From the NCBI GenBank assembly GCA_937915175.1, contig CALDNA010000016.1, positions 54,956 through 118,955 of the forward strand: a stretch of 64,000 bases of DNA, in the 5' to 3' direction. Position numbers and translations under genes: made by a program. The notes below the pieces were generated by a model. The model was not told the DNA's origin, searched no databases, and worked only from the letters and a program-made list of their open reading frames with translations. The stretch is from an uncultured euryarchaeote (GTDB lineage Archaea > Thermoplasmatota > Poseidoniia > Poseidoniales > Poseidoniaceae). This document shows, piece by piece, positions 36,659 through 46,165 of this stretch (the first letter of the stretch is position 1; every line of letters starts with the position of its first letter).

Positions 36659-37321
36659 ATGAGCGACCAAGAGTTCTGCCTCATCGCTGGCGAAACGCCG
36701 GTGGACAATCCAACAGACCTGGCAACGGTCTATCCTATTGTCGAGATCTTTCATTCGGTACAAGGCGAAGGATTCCACGCCGGCATACCTCATGTGTTCG
36801 TTCGATTGGGAACCTGCAATTTACGTTGTAAGTGGTGCGATACGGACTTTATGACCTTTGAAAACATGAACGCAATTGACATTCTTGCAAGCGTTATGGA
36901 ATTTGATTGCAAACGCGTCATATTCACTGGAGGAGAGCCAATGCTTCAGGACCTATGGCCCCTTCACCGGCTTCTGAAAGCACGAGGATACAACTTATCT
37001 GTGGAAACGAACGGAACCATCGAAATCCCTGAAGGTTTGCTCGACTGGGTTTGCGTTTCTCCAAAGGACCAGATGTACCCCGATGTGAAAATACGTCAGC
37101 GAACGGGGGACGAACTCAAGTGTGTCTATGTCGGACAAGACTTAGAATTATACAGTGATCTGCAACAAGGGTTCAAACATCATTTCCTTCAACCGTGCTA
37201 CATGGACACAGAGAGTGTAGAGTGGAATGGGAAGAACTTCGCCGAAACCGAAGCGGTTGTCAAGACAAATGCTCCGTGGCGATTGAGCCTACAAACTCAC
37301 AAATGGATGGGTGTGGATTAA
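36659..37321 (+). CDS. queE: 7-carboxy-7-deazaguanine synthase (radical SAM)
   Basis: CNLRCKWCDT radical-SAM CxxxCxxC cluster, about 220 aa, between folE and queC. Confidence 0.8.
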   Translation: MSDQEFCLIAGETPVDNPTDLATVYPIVEIFHSVQGEGFHAGIPHVFVRLGTCNLRCKWCDTDFMTFENMNAIDILASVMEFDCKRVIFTGGEPMLQDLWPLHRLLKARGYNLSVETNGTIEIPEGLLDWVCVSPKDQMYPDVKIRQRTGDELKCVYVGQDLELYSDLQQGFKHHFLQPCYMDTESVEWNGKNFAETEAVVKTNAPWRLSLQTHKWMGVD

Positions 37322-38475
37322 TGACCAAGCGCTCAGTTATGGCCCTTTCAGGAGGCATGGATTCTACAGCATTGCTTGTCCGCCTTTTGGCTGACGGGGC
37401 AAAGGTCAGCTGTATCTCATACAGGTATGGCCAAAAGCACAGCGTTGAACTCCAACGCGCCAAACAAAACATCGAATATTTACGCTCCAAAGGTGCCAGT
37501 GTCGACCACGTGGTTGTGGATTTGACTGGCGCAATGAGTCTGTTTGATTCTGCTTTGCTCGATGGAGGGGCGGAGATTCCTGAAGGTCACTATGAAGAAG
37601 AGCAAATGAAGGCCACAGTTGTACCAAATCGAAACGCTATTTTTGCATCCATTCTCTATGGCCACGCGCTCTCCATTTCATCAAGAGAATCCACTGATGT
37701 CTCGATTGCACTGGGCGTTCATTCGGGTGACCATGAGATCTACCCAGATTGTCGGCCAGAATTTTACACTGCCCTAGAACACGCATTCGCAATTGGCAAC
37801 TGGGACAGTGAGCGGGTGAAATTTCAACTTCCTTACTTGAACGGAAATAAGGTCACCATTCTAAAGGATGCGCTAAGGGCTTGCGACCAACTTGAACTTA
37901 ATTTTGACCGGGTTTTTGAAAATACAATTACCTCGTACAATCCAGATGCAAAAGGAAGAAGTTCGGGTCGAAGCGGCTCGGATGTCGAGCGCATTTTGGC
38001 CTTCAACGCACTAGATTTGGTCGATCCTATCGAATATGTTGAACCATGGGGCGTCGTGCTGGAAGCAGCCCTCGAGACTGAGAGAAAGCACAAGGATGCT
38101 TACTACAAAGAAAAATTATCCGAACTGCAATATCATGTCACACGCAACAGCGGAACTGAACAAGCTTTTACCGGAATTTACTGGGATGAGAAACGCAAGG
38201 GGACGTACACATGCGTCTGTTGCGGGCATGTCCTCTTCACATCAACAATGAAGTTCGATTCAGGCTGTGGCTGGCCTTCATTCCACAGCGAACACGCAAG
38301 AGCGGGAATCGTTCAAATTGAAGATCGAACATATGGCATGCTTAGGGTTGAAGTTCGCTGTAAAAAATGCGATGCTCACCTCGGTCACATTTTTGAGGAC
38401 GGGCCACGAAAGCACGGAGGCAACCGATATTGCATCAATTCAGCATCATTGAACTTCGAGGAGATGGAAGAATGA
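37321..38475 (+). CDS. queC: Fusion protein: 7-cyano-7-deazaguanine synthase QueC (PP-loop ATPase) N-terminal, peptide-methionine (R)-S-oxide reductase MsrB C-terminal
   Basis: Residues 1-240: SGGMDST PP-loop, YGQKHSVEL and VPNRNAIFASI QueC blocks. Residues 255-384: full MsrB (YHVTRNSGTEQAFTGIYW, CVCCG...CKKCDAHLGHIFEDGP, catalytic RYCINSAS). Continuous frame with no stop. The ORF-track start at 37195 overlaps queE and is rejected in favour of ATG 37321. Confidence 0.8.
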   Translation: MTKRSVMALSGGMDSTALLVRLLADGAKVSCISYRYGQKHSVELQRAKQNIEYLRSKGASVDHVVVDLTGAMSLFDSALLDGGAEIPEGHYEEEQMKATVVPNRNAIFASILYGHALSISSRESTDVSIALGVHSGDHEIYPDCRPEFYTALEHAFAIGNWDSERVKFQLPYLNGNKVTILKDALRACDQLELNFDRVFENTITSYNPDAKGRSSGRSGSDVERILAFNALDLVDPIEYVEPWGVVLEAALETERKHKDAYYKEKLSELQYHVTRNSGTEQAFTGIYWDEKRKGTYTCVCCGHVLFTSTMKFDSGCGWPSFHSEHARAGIVQIEDRTYGMLRVEVRCKKCDAHLGHIFEDGPRKHGGNRYCINSASLNFEEMEE

Positions 38476-38921
38476 CAACAAGAATCCGCAGATACGTCGA
38501 AACCGATACGGGCCATAGGGTTCCTAACCACAAGAGCAAGTGCCGACACATGCATGGCCATCGCTACAGATTTGAAGCGGAAATTGAAGGCGATGTGGTT
38601 CAGGAACGTGGAGTTTCAGATGAAGGCATGTTGATGGATTTCTCCGATGTGAGTGAAATCTTAACGCTTCATGTCCACGACATCATCGACCACGCTTTTG
38701 TTGTCTATGAGCACGATGAACAGGCACTTGCAGCGCTTGCATGCATGGAAGATGGGCACCGGACCCTGGTTGTTCCATTCATACCAACAGCAGAGAATCT
38801 AGCAAAATGGGCTTTTGAACAGGTTCAACCTCATATTGCTTCGGCGTACGGTAACCGATTGAAATTAGTGGCTATGCACGTGAGGGAAACACCGAAGAGC
38901 ACCGCTACATGGTATGCGTGA
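38472..38921 (+). CDS. queD: 6-carboxy-5,6,7,8-tetrahydropterin synthase
   Basis: CRHMHGHRYRFE (C.xHGH zinc/catalytic motif) and HNYxxE-like blocks. ATGA overlap with the preceding gene. Confidence 0.8.
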   Translation: MTTRIRRYVETDTGHRVPNHKSKCRHMHGHRYRFEAEIEGDVVQERGVSDEGMLMDFSDVSEILTLHVHDIIDHAFVVYEHDEQALAALACMEDGHRTLVVPFIPTAENLAKWAFEQVQPHIASAYGNRLKLVAMHVRETPKSTATWYA

Positions 38922-38927
38922 ATCGCC

Positions 38928-39773
38928 TCATTCCTCTTCGAGACTGATCTTTCGTCTACGTTGACTTCGCCAAATTTCGTTGCCCTCAACGAATTGAATA
39001 GCCGTAGTTGCATCGAGTAAGCCGCCAATCATTCGAGTAGCCTCACCTTGAGTGGGCATTGAACGCATGATTGAACGCATCAACGATTGTTGGAAACTTT
39101 GCCTTCGCTCATCGTTCCCCGGTAACGCACCTGCAAGTTCCTTCACGGTTTGCAAGAGAACCTGCTTCAATTCAGGGTTGAGTGCACGTTCGAGCGGAAC
39201 CACATCTGGCATCCCAGCATCCTTTCCTTGTGCGTTGATCACCCGATAGCGGTGCAGTTCGTAAACGCAGGCATTCACGGCGTGTGAAAGGTTGGCAATA
39301 GGATAGCCCTCCCATGTGGGCAGCGTCACTAAATAATCGCATTTAGCTAAATCTTCTGTGGACATCCCCTTCCCTTCTTCACCAAAAACGAGGCAAACAT
39401 GACCGTTGAAATCATTGACGCGCTCGGCTAACTCCCAAGGGTAAACGAAATGTCGAAAGTTTGTTTTAGCGCCTATTTCTCTTTTCCCAGAGGTCCCAAT
39501 CACCATCGAAGCGTCCGCAGTTGCCTCTTCCAAGGTGGTGTAGGTGGTGCATAAATCGAGCACCCTACCTGCATGCTTGGCCCGATTTCGTGCTTCAATA
39601 TCGTCCGCCTGACAATTTGGTGCTACAAGGCGCAAGTTGACAAAACCGTAGTTGAGCATCGAGCGGCACACGGCACCAAGGTTGCCCGGATGGGAAACGC
39701 CAATCAAAACAATGGATAGGCTGTAGGGCGAGGTTGGCAAGGGGAGCGTTGTTCTGTCACCCATTCCTTTCAC
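38928..39773 (-). CDS. SPOUT-class (SpoU/TrmH/TrmJ-like) tRNA/rRNA 2'-O-methyltransferase
   Basis: IVLIGVSHPGNLGAVCRSMLNYGF (motif 1), VIGTSGKRE, and a C-terminal knot region with NLSHAVNACVYEL. Confidence 0.7.
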   Translation of the reverse strand: MKGMGDRTTLPLPTSPYSLSIVLIGVSHPGNLGAVCRSMLNYGFVNLRLVAPNCQADDIEARNRAKHAGRVLDLCTTYTTLEEATADASMVIGTSGKREIGAKTNFRHFVYPWELAERVNDFNGHVCLVFGEEGKGMSTEDLAKCDYLVTLPTWEGYPIANLSHAVNACVYELHRYRVINAQGKDAGMPDVVPLERALNPELKQVLLQTVKELAGALPGNDERRQSFQQSLMRSIMRSMPTQGEATRMIGGLLDATTAIQFVEGNEIWRSQRRRKISLEEE

Positions 39774-40018
39774 TCCTCTTCGAGAACGGAGTCGGTATCA
39801 AACGATGCAATCCATCTTGGATCGCATGCTTGATAGAGAAAGAAAAGGTACCCAGGACCTTCTTCCCTGTCTTCCATGACAATTGAACGGCGTCGGACAC
39901 CATGCTTGTTGCGTAGATGAAGGATGAGACCTTCGAGGACAGCCTTGCGGTCGTGGTGAATCGAAACGGGGGTGCGGTCCCAGTTGACCCGCAGTGCCAT
40001 GTGTATGCCCCTGCTCAA
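39770..40018 (-). CDS. Hypothetical small protein (82 aa) translationally coupled to the SPOUT methyltransferase
   Basis: The stop overlaps the downstream start by 4 nt. Protein-like composition and an acidic C-terminus (LEEE). No family recognised. Confidence 0.4.
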   Translation of the reverse strand: MSRGIHMALRVNWDRTPVSIHHDRKAVLEGLILHLRNKHGVRRRSIVMEDREEGPGYLFFLYQACDPRWIASFDTDSVLEEE

Positions 40019-40206
40019 TCGACTCGGCGTTGTCGGTATGTGGTCACGTAGCCAGCGATCCAGTTGCGGAGTTTCTTAGACTCCACATCGGTGAGTTGTT
40101 GGACCATTTTCTTGTTGTGGTCGAAGTCGTCGGTGAATTTCTCGCCGTGATCTTCAACAAGGTGGATGGCTCGAATTTTGATAAAACTTGGTCGAATATT
40201 TCCCAT
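40015..40206 (-). CDS. rps17e: 30S ribosomal protein S17e
   Basis: [55 protein letters not shown] matches the S17e consensus (MG.iR..fIKr.a..lie.y...ft.DF..NKk.v.e...v.SKklRN.IAGYvT). Confidence 0.75.
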   Translation of the reverse strand: MGNIRPSFIKIRAIHLVEDHGEKFTDDFDHNKKMVQQLTDVESKKLRNWIAGYVTTYRQRRVD

Positions 40207-40212
40207 AATTAA

Positions 40213-40488
40213 TCACTCCGTGGATAGTTTGACTTCGATTGGAATATCAGGTTCATCGTGACGAGTCACGTGAAGCTTGATTTTGCGAGGTGGGTTTTCA
40301 ATTCCACGAGCCCAGATGTGCTCGTTGACCGATGGGTCAATCCAGACTTCTTCGTCTTCTCGCACTTTGAGGTGCTGAATGACGTGTTCTCGGATGATTT
40401 GAATTGCACGTGGAGCGCGCTTGTATCGGGTGATGGCCCATGCCTTTCGGAGTGGGACAATTAGCTCTGATTCATTTGGTCGTACCAT
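40213..40488 (-). CDS. rpl31e: 50S ribosomal protein L31e
   Basis: IVPLRKAW...RAPRAIQIIREHV...DPSVNEHIWARGIENPPRKIKL matches L31e. Confidence 0.8.
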   Translation of the reverse strand: MVRPNESELIVPLRKAWAITRYKRAPRAIQIIREHVIQHLKVREDEEVWIDPSVNEHIWARGIENPPRKIKLHVTRHDEPDIPIEVKLSTE

Positions 40489-40499
40489 ACATATTCACC

Positions 40500-40655
40500 T
40501 CAGCGTTGGAGCTTACTACGGCGCCAGTGGTGTCGCTTTGGGTGCGACACAGTGTTTCGGTCGGTCTTTAGCATGACCCAAACTGGGACACGCCGATTCT
40601 GCTTGCCCACCTTCATCAGGCGGATTTTTTTTGCGGCTGGTTTATTTCTAGACAT
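40500..40655 (-). CDS. rpl39e: 50S ribosomal protein L39e (51 aa, not in ORF track)
   Basis: Reverse-strand ATG at 40655 to TGA at 40500. Translates to [51 protein letters not shown], the L39e consensus (KK.RLaKa.kqNrrvP.Wv.lKT.R...hpkRRhWRR.kL). Confidence 0.75.
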   Translation of the reverse strand: MSRNKPAAKKIRLMKVGKQNRRVPVWVMLKTDRNTVSHPKRHHWRRSKLQR

Positions 40656-40669
40656 ATTCGAGCACCCTT

Positions 40670-41029
40670 TCAGATTCTTCGGATGGACGCACTACGGCGG
40701 CTCTTCGAGTGGGAAGCGAGCAACTGCTTGAGTTGCTCGTCAGACATTGGGGCGGTGAATTTGCCCTGTTGATGGAGTTGGAGGATGGATTGTTTGATCG
40801 ATGCTGCCCGAGCGGGGGTGGCGAGTGCAAGTGTTGCAATTCGGGCACGTGCATCGTTGGTGAGGAGTGTTCGCATAGCGCCGTCAACTTGCGCTGCTTC
40901 AACCTGCGCTTGTTGTGCTTTGACTTCTGCATCGGCCTGTTGGGATGCTTGGGCTTCGAACTGTTGTTGGAGGGCTGCGCGGCGTTGCTCGCGAATCATG
41001 TTGAGTTCGTCATCTTGAGACGTCGACAT
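40670..41029 (-). CDS. PDCD5/TFAR19-like double-stranded-DNA-binding protein
   Basis: [32 protein letters not shown]...SDEQLKQLL matches the archaeal PDCD5-family C-terminal helix bundle. Start placed at MSTSQDD so it does not overlap rps19e. Confidence 0.65.
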   Translation of the reverse strand: MSTSQDDELNMIREQRRAALQQQFEAQASQQADAEVKAQQAQVEAAQVDGAMRTLLTNDARARIATLALATPARAASIKQSILQLHQQGKFTAPMSDEQLKQLLASHSKSRRSASIRRI

Positions 41030-41054
41030 GCTGGCCACCCTCTTCACTTCCTCT

Positions 41055-41546
41055 TCAGTACTTTGACAGTCCTGGGTAATGTTCGTCTGCGTCGGCTCGG
41101 CAAGAATGAGCGACAGCGTCAATCATTTTGTGGCCGGCTGCTGTGATGCGTCGACCTGAGTAGAGTTGTTGTGGGCCTTCTTCAGTCTCGACGGTTCGTG
41201 TAGGAACTTTTTCAACGAGTCCGGAGGCTTCGAGTTGTTGGAGTGCGGTTCGGATGATGTGGCGTGATGCGACACCTGGTGTGTTAGGTGCTGCGCCGTT
41301 GTCTTTGCGTCCACCGTAGGCTTGAGACAGGTGGGTCACACCCATTGGTCCCTCTCGTGCTAGCTTGCGCATGAGTGCAGCAGATCGAAGGAACCACCAG
41401 TTTTCTTGGCTTGGGGGGCGTTCTCGTGAGACTCCAGTTTTTACGAATTCTGCCCATTCTGGGATTTCCACGGCCTTTTCTTCAGCCAATCGCGCAGCGA
41501 GTGCGGGGTTCAACATTTCTGCGGGAATATCATAGAGAGTCGTCAA
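41055..41546 (-). CDS. rps19e: 30S ribosomal protein S19e
   Basis: MTTLYDIPAEMLNPALAARLAEE...PEWAEFVKTGVSRERPP...WWFLRSAALMRKL...GGRKDNGAAPNTPGVASRHIIRTALQQLEASGLVEK is full-length S19e. Confidence 0.85.
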   Translation of the reverse strand: MTTLYDIPAEMLNPALAARLAEEKAVEIPEWAEFVKTGVSRERPPSQENWWFLRSAALMRKLAREGPMGVTHLSQAYGGRKDNGAAPNTPGVASRHIIRTALQQLEASGLVEKVPTRTVETEEGPQQLYSGRRITAAGHKMIDAVAHSCRADADEHYPGLSKY

Positions 41547-41668
41547 GACAAAACACCAAGCAATTTGCCGACCTTACGCCCCTATATGAAGAGAGCGGGT
41601 CACCAGCACCTCCTGAACTCTCGCTGTGTCCTCTTTACACAGGGGGTTCTATCCTCAGACAAGGGTTG

Positions 41669-42526
41669 ATGAAGGGCCCTGTCTTCCAAGGCTTGATGAG
41701 GAAGGCATTAGCCCAAAACCCGAACCTTTTGCGGACGCTGTTAGGTCTTTCTTTCACCCTTATATTTATGCTGTCATACGCCGTTTACGGCGCAACGGTA
41801 TCGCCCTCCTATTACCTCTATGATACAGATTCAACCCTCACCACCCATGAAAATATTGATCCAGTTCGCATCTATCAAGAAGACACGAACACGACGACTT
41901 GGACGTGGTCAGTGCCAGCCGACGGAGCGAACTTGACTTGGGTTAATCTCACTGCGGTTGAACTGTCGAACGGAGCCGAAGTGCGGTTGATCAACGGAGC
42001 TGGTTTATTCAGCCACCAGAAATTAGGCGTTGACGGAGCAGATGGGTTCAGTTGCCGAGACTCCTGTCAGAAAAACACAACACATTCCATCATCGTGGAG
42101 GAAGGTGGGGAAATATCGATTATCGCTCTGACGAGCACAGATCCCGCTCGACGCTCAAACGGAACCGTATACGCCCAAACTGAATCGGGAGCCAAAGAGA
42201 AGGCCCTTGATGCAATCGAATACGAACACTCACCGTCGCTCATCAGGGTTGAAATCATCGAAAAGGGCAACAGATCAACAGCCCCTGCCATGACCATCAC
42301 CACGGTGAATGAAGCGTTTGCATCGATTGGACCGTTTTCAGTGGATGCAGCAACCGAATTTTTGTGGGCTTTAGCGGCGGTAGTCGGTTGTTTTGCTATG
42401 GTGTTAATCCCTTCATTCACAGTATATTTTGCTGCCAACGCTAAAGAAAAGCGCGACGCAGTCAAACTGGCAGCATCGGAACAGGACATCAACGAAGCCT
42501 TAGGGACCCAAAACGAAGACGAGTGA
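41669..42526 (+). CDS. Membrane-anchored extracytoplasmic hypothetical protein (N-terminal signal/TM, C-terminal TM)
   Basis: Start at MKGPVFQ. The upstream part of the ORF-track frame lies antisense to rps19e. Hydrophobic segments at both ends with Thr/Asn-rich sites between them. ATGA overlap with the giant surface protein gene. Confidence 0.5.
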   Translation: MKGPVFQGLMRKALAQNPNLLRTLLGLSFTLIFMLSYAVYGATVSPSYYLYDTDSTLTTHENIDPVRIYQEDTNTTTWTWSVPADGANLTWVNLTAVELSNGAEVRLINGAGLFSHQKLGVDGADGFSCRDSCQKNTTHSIIVEEGGEISIIALTSTDPARRSNGTVYAQTESGAKEKALDAIEYEHSPSLIRVEIIEKGNRSTAPAMTITTVNEAFASIGPFSVDAATEFLWALAAVVGCFAMVLIPSFTVYFAANAKEKRDAVKLAASEQDINEALGTQNEDE

Positions 42527-45500
42527 AGCCGCCACTTTCCTCATATATGTTGAAGCGTTGTACTCGCACGAGCGCCATGATTCGTACGCCCGCAATTTTG
42601 TTGGTTGTCCTTTTCTTACTGGCTTCTGCCGCCCCAATGGCGGACCTAACAGATGCAGAAACCGACGTTTCAATGTCGGTTGCAAAAGCGACTGGTGTCG
42701 ATGTTACAGTGTCGAATGTTTCTTTTTCATACACAACCGCAGGGGATGAAGAGCGATACAGAATGTTCTCATCAAACCATCCGATTCCCGCATTCAATCG
42801 TCCTGCAGAACTCTATGTCGTGGACGCCGTTGTCGATGTCCCAATCTATGCTGAAGTTACAGTGGATAATATTGGAACCAGTGCATCAGGTAACATTGAT
42901 GTTGAACTCAAGGTATTCCATAACGAATATCAGCAATTTGAAATGATCAATACCACGAAGCAGATGCCTTCCCTTACGGGAGGGAGTTCGAACACCCTCG
43001 GATTTACGTTTACCCCAACGTATTCGGGAAACCATTCCCTCCAAGTTGTTGCTGCATCAACAATCGCTGACGACAACCCTGCCAACGACGACAGGAACCG
43101 GCATTTCACGGTAGCCTCACATTACTTCAATTGTGAAGTTCTTTCGGGCTGGACAATCACGAATGAATGGGGAATAAACTCTGAGACCTCCCTCTCACAA
43201 GGGACTGCCTGCCATGTCGGAAATGGAGCCTCATCCTCTTACACTGCATCGACAACCAGTGTCTTGGAAACCCCAGCTTTTGACATGTCGGATGCTGTGT
43301 CCAACCCCCTTAGAACGAACGGATTGAGTTTCTTCTACACGGGCAGTTCGCAACCAGGTGATGAATTGAAGGTTTATGTCCAAGATAACGCTGGAACAAA
43401 CACCCAACTGGGAGGCATTACTGGAACCGTCGATGAAGCCTTCATTGACGGAGTGAGTTGGCAAACATTTTCGGTCAACAGCCAGGGCATCACTTCGCCA
43501 CTTATTCCCGCCCCTCAAAGCGCTTTTACTTCTTCAACAAAATTCCGTTTTGTATTCACAACTGATGCTGTAACCAATGACATCGGATTTTGGATGGATG
43601 ACATCGTCATTATGTATGATCAAAAAGTCAAGCCAATCGAGTATGCCATTTCCTCCGCAGGAATCTCCACCATTGGATCCCTCCCTGATGAATGGGGGAG
43701 TGTTCAGGTGAGTTTGACAAATGAAGGGAACATCTCAGATTATGTGTTGCCGACCATTGAAGGCTTACCTGATGGCTGGGAAGTGTATTTTGCACACCTC
43801 ACTGGCGTTTCTATCAACGAGCAAACAGGAGTGTTATTGTCACCCGGTGAAACGAAGGCAATTGAAGTAAAAATCAGGCCCGACGTCAACGCCACAACTG
43901 GATTCGAGCAAATGACCTTCATCGGGACCTCCAGCCAATATGAATCAATTAACACTACACTCCCTGTCCAATTCCAAGTTCTTCCAGACAGAGAGCCGTT
44001 CATCGTACAGCCAGAAGTTCGACCAACATGCCCCCCTGGCTACAGTTGCCCGTTCACGGTTGAAGTGCAAAACATTGGGGATGCAACTGACGTGTTTGAT
44101 TTATCCATCGAACAGGGTGCTTTGCCAGAGGGATGGAGCGTGCAATTGGCATGGACTCAATCCACCTCAATTATGGTTCGACCAGACACCCCCGTGCAGG
44201 TCGCAATGACAATGACGATTCCATCCACTGCTGCGCCGGATACAGTGGCCCCATTCACGCTCATAGCCCAATCACAAAACAACACAGCTAAGCAACATCA
44301 AGCGGACATTAGTGTGTCAGCATCGATGATCAGTGAAGCGTACATTGGGATGACGACAACCCAAATGATGCGCGATTGGTTGGTTGATGCCGGTGAAACA
44401 AAAACTGTCGAATTCACCATCTGGAACAATGCGACGCGTCAAGATATTTTTTCGATGGAAGTGACTCACGAAGCAGTTGGTTTGTGGACCATCGAACAGC
44501 CAACTCGCCCAGACGCGGTGATAAATCCAGGCGCAAGCACCACCTTCACTGTGAAAGTAACTGCACCCGAAACAGGGCAAGCAGGTGACAAAGCACCCTC
44601 ACTTACGCCAACCATCACCTCGAAACGCAGTGGCATGTCCATCAGCGGTGAGATGTTTGACAACATCGTGGTCCGGACCATCAGCGACCTCACAATCACC
44701 CTGTTAGAAACGCCCGACAAATTAAGGCCGGGTACGGCCAATAAGGTCCTCATCGAAATCGTCAATCAAGGCAATGGACCGATCGATGCCATCGTAACAG
44801 CAGATGGACTGCCTGCAGCGTGGGATGCATGGATGAAAGTCAATGGCGATATTGTATCAGAGTCCATTGCCCTCTCTGCACCGTACGATTTGGACAACAA
44901 CGCAACTGTCGAGATGTGGATCGTTGTTCCGAGCGAAGAGGCGGCAAGTGAGATTCATACAATCACCATCATGGTTTCAAACGCCTTAGGATTGGAAGAC
45001 GTTCAAATTGAAGACAACAGCGTCACCTTCGATACCATCACGGCATCTGTACGCATTCCAGACCTCGTAGGTTCAAGTCAATCTCAATCCGCAATGGTTG
45101 GCGACACAGTGAGCGTCAACGCCACCTTACGAAACATCGGAAACGCTGCGGATGATGGAATCATTGTCCTTGCATCCTTTTCGAGTTCACCGCCCGAGGA
45201 AAACATTGTTGCATTCTTCACGACGAGCAAAGGTGGGTCTTCCAAATCTGTTGGTGAGGCTGTGACGATGATGCTTCTGCCCAACCAATCAACAACATTG
45301 ACAGTGGACCTGATTCTGCCGAACACAATGATTCTTAACACTCGAATTGTCGTTTCGTTTGAAGTCATTGCGGGACTGAACGCCGAAATGCAGCCTTATG
45401 AATTGAGGCATGAAGCATTAATCATCGTGGACCAACAACGCCAAATTGGAGCATCACTGAGCAGGGGGACCGATGAAGTATACCCTACTGGGACTGGTGT

Positions 45501-46140
45501 TCCGTTGTTTGTGAACATCACCAGTACCTCAAGCCAGCGCGAGGATCTTAGGTTACGAACAACGTTGCCCGAATCTTGGCAAATGGTGTGCAATGGCATC
45601 CTCGTGGATAAAGAAGGTCAAAATCTAACTTTTGAACCGGGCCACGTGGCTCCACAGTTATCCGATGTTCCATGCACCCTTCACCGTCTTGGCGGCCCGT
45701 TAGGGGGTATCGTAACATTTCAACTCGAGACAGAGGATGGTGCCCGTACATGGCAAACCAGCCAAGCGTATTCCTTCTCTGAACGCCCAACCGACCAAGC
45801 CTCGATGAATGTAGGTGCGATTGCTGGAGGTGGAGGTGCCCTTGTTGCATTTGTATTCCTGATGAGTGTCCTGCTTCGGGGTCGAAGCAAAGAAGAAGAA
45901 TTTGAAGAGGAAGTCAAAATTGTACCGCAGGAGTTCCAGCATAGTGGGCCGCCTGTCTCAACTGGGCCACCGATCTCAGCACCTCAAAGTTCCACACCTG
46001 CAGCACAAACTACAGAAGCACCAGCGGCTGCATCCAATGGTCCAGAAGTTCCACTCACCGGTTTACCATCCGGTTGGACGATGGAACAGTGGGCTCATTA
46101 TGGTCAACAATACCTTGACCGACTTGAAGGACAAGCATGA
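42523..46140 (+). CDS. Giant (1205 aa) cell-surface protein with signal peptide, multiple CARDB/Ig-like beta-sandwich domains and a C-terminal transmembrane anchor
   Basis: N-terminus AILLVVLFLLASAAPMA. Repeated beta-rich modules (VDNIGTSASGNIDVELKV, VQNIGDATDVFDLSI, IVNQGNGPIDAIV, LRNIGNAADDGIIVL). C-terminal GAIAGGGGALVAFVFLMSVLL TM, then a charged, Pro/Gln-rich tail. Confidence 0.7.
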   Translation: MKPPLSSYMLKRCTRTSAMIRTPAILLVVLFLLASAAPMADLTDAETDVSMSVAKATGVDVTVSNVSFSYTTAGDEERYRMFSSNHPIPAFNRPAELYVVDAVVDVPIYAEVTVDNIGTSASGNIDVELKVFHNEYQQFEMINTTKQMPSLTGGSSNTLGFTFTPTYSGNHSLQVVAASTIADDNPANDDRNRHFTVASHYFNCEVLSGWTITNEWGINSETSLSQGTACHVGNGASSSYTASTTSVLETPAFDMSDAVSNPLRTNGLSFFYTGSSQPGDELKVYVQDNAGTNTQLGGITGTVDEAFIDGVSWQTFSVNSQGITSPLIPAPQSAFTSSTKFRFVFTTDAVTNDIGFWMDDIVIMYDQKVKPIEYAISSAGISTIGSLPDEWGSVQVSLTNEGNISDYVLPTIEGLPDGWEVYFAHLTGVSINEQTGVLLSPGETKAIEVKIRPDVNATTGFEQMTFIGTSSQYESINTTLPVQFQVLPDREPFIVQPEVRPTCPPGYSCPFTVEVQNIGDATDVFDLSIEQGALPEGWSVQLAWTQSTSIMVRPDTPVQVAMTMTIPSTAAPDTVAPFTLIAQSQNNTAKQHQADISVSASMISEAYIGMTTTQMMRDWLVDAGETKTVEFTIWNNATRQDIFSMEVTHEAVGLWTIEQPTRPDAVINPGASTTFTVKVTAPETGQAGDKAPSLTPTITSKRSGMSISGEMFDNIVVRTISDLTITLLETPDKLRPGTANKVLIEIVNQGNGPIDAIVTADGLPAAWDAWMKVNGDIVSESIALSAPYDLDNNATVEMWIVVPSEEAASEIHTITIMVSNALGLEDVQIEDNSVTFDTITASVRIPDLVGSSQSQSAMVGDTVSVNATLRNIGNAADDGIIVLASFSSSPPEENIVAFFTTSKGGSSKSVGEAVTMMLLPNQSTTLTVDLILPNTMILNTRIVVSFEVIAGLNAEMQPYELRHEALIIVDQQRQIGASLSRGTDEVYPTGTGVPLFVNITSTSSQREDLRLRTTLPESWQMVCNGILVDKEGQNLTFEPGHVAPQLSDVPCTLHRLGGPLGGIVTFQLETEDGARTWQTSQAYSFSERPTDQASMNVGAIAGGGGALVAFVFLMSVLLRGRSKEEEFEEEVKIVPQEFQHSGPPVSTGPPISAPQSSTPAAQTTEAPAAASNGPEVPLTGLPSGWTMEQWAHYGQQYLDRLEGQA

Positions 46141-46165
46141 TACATCAGCGCTAAGAGCGAAAGCC

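Noticed and set aside
37195-37320. ORF-track start of the queC ORF lying inside queE
   Set aside because: It overlaps the queE 3' region in another frame. The QueC alignment begins at MTKRSVMALSGG (ATG 37321).
41375-41668. N-terminal extension of the 41375-42526 ORF
   Set aside because: It lies antisense across the rps19e start region. The protein's signal/TM segment begins at Met 41669.
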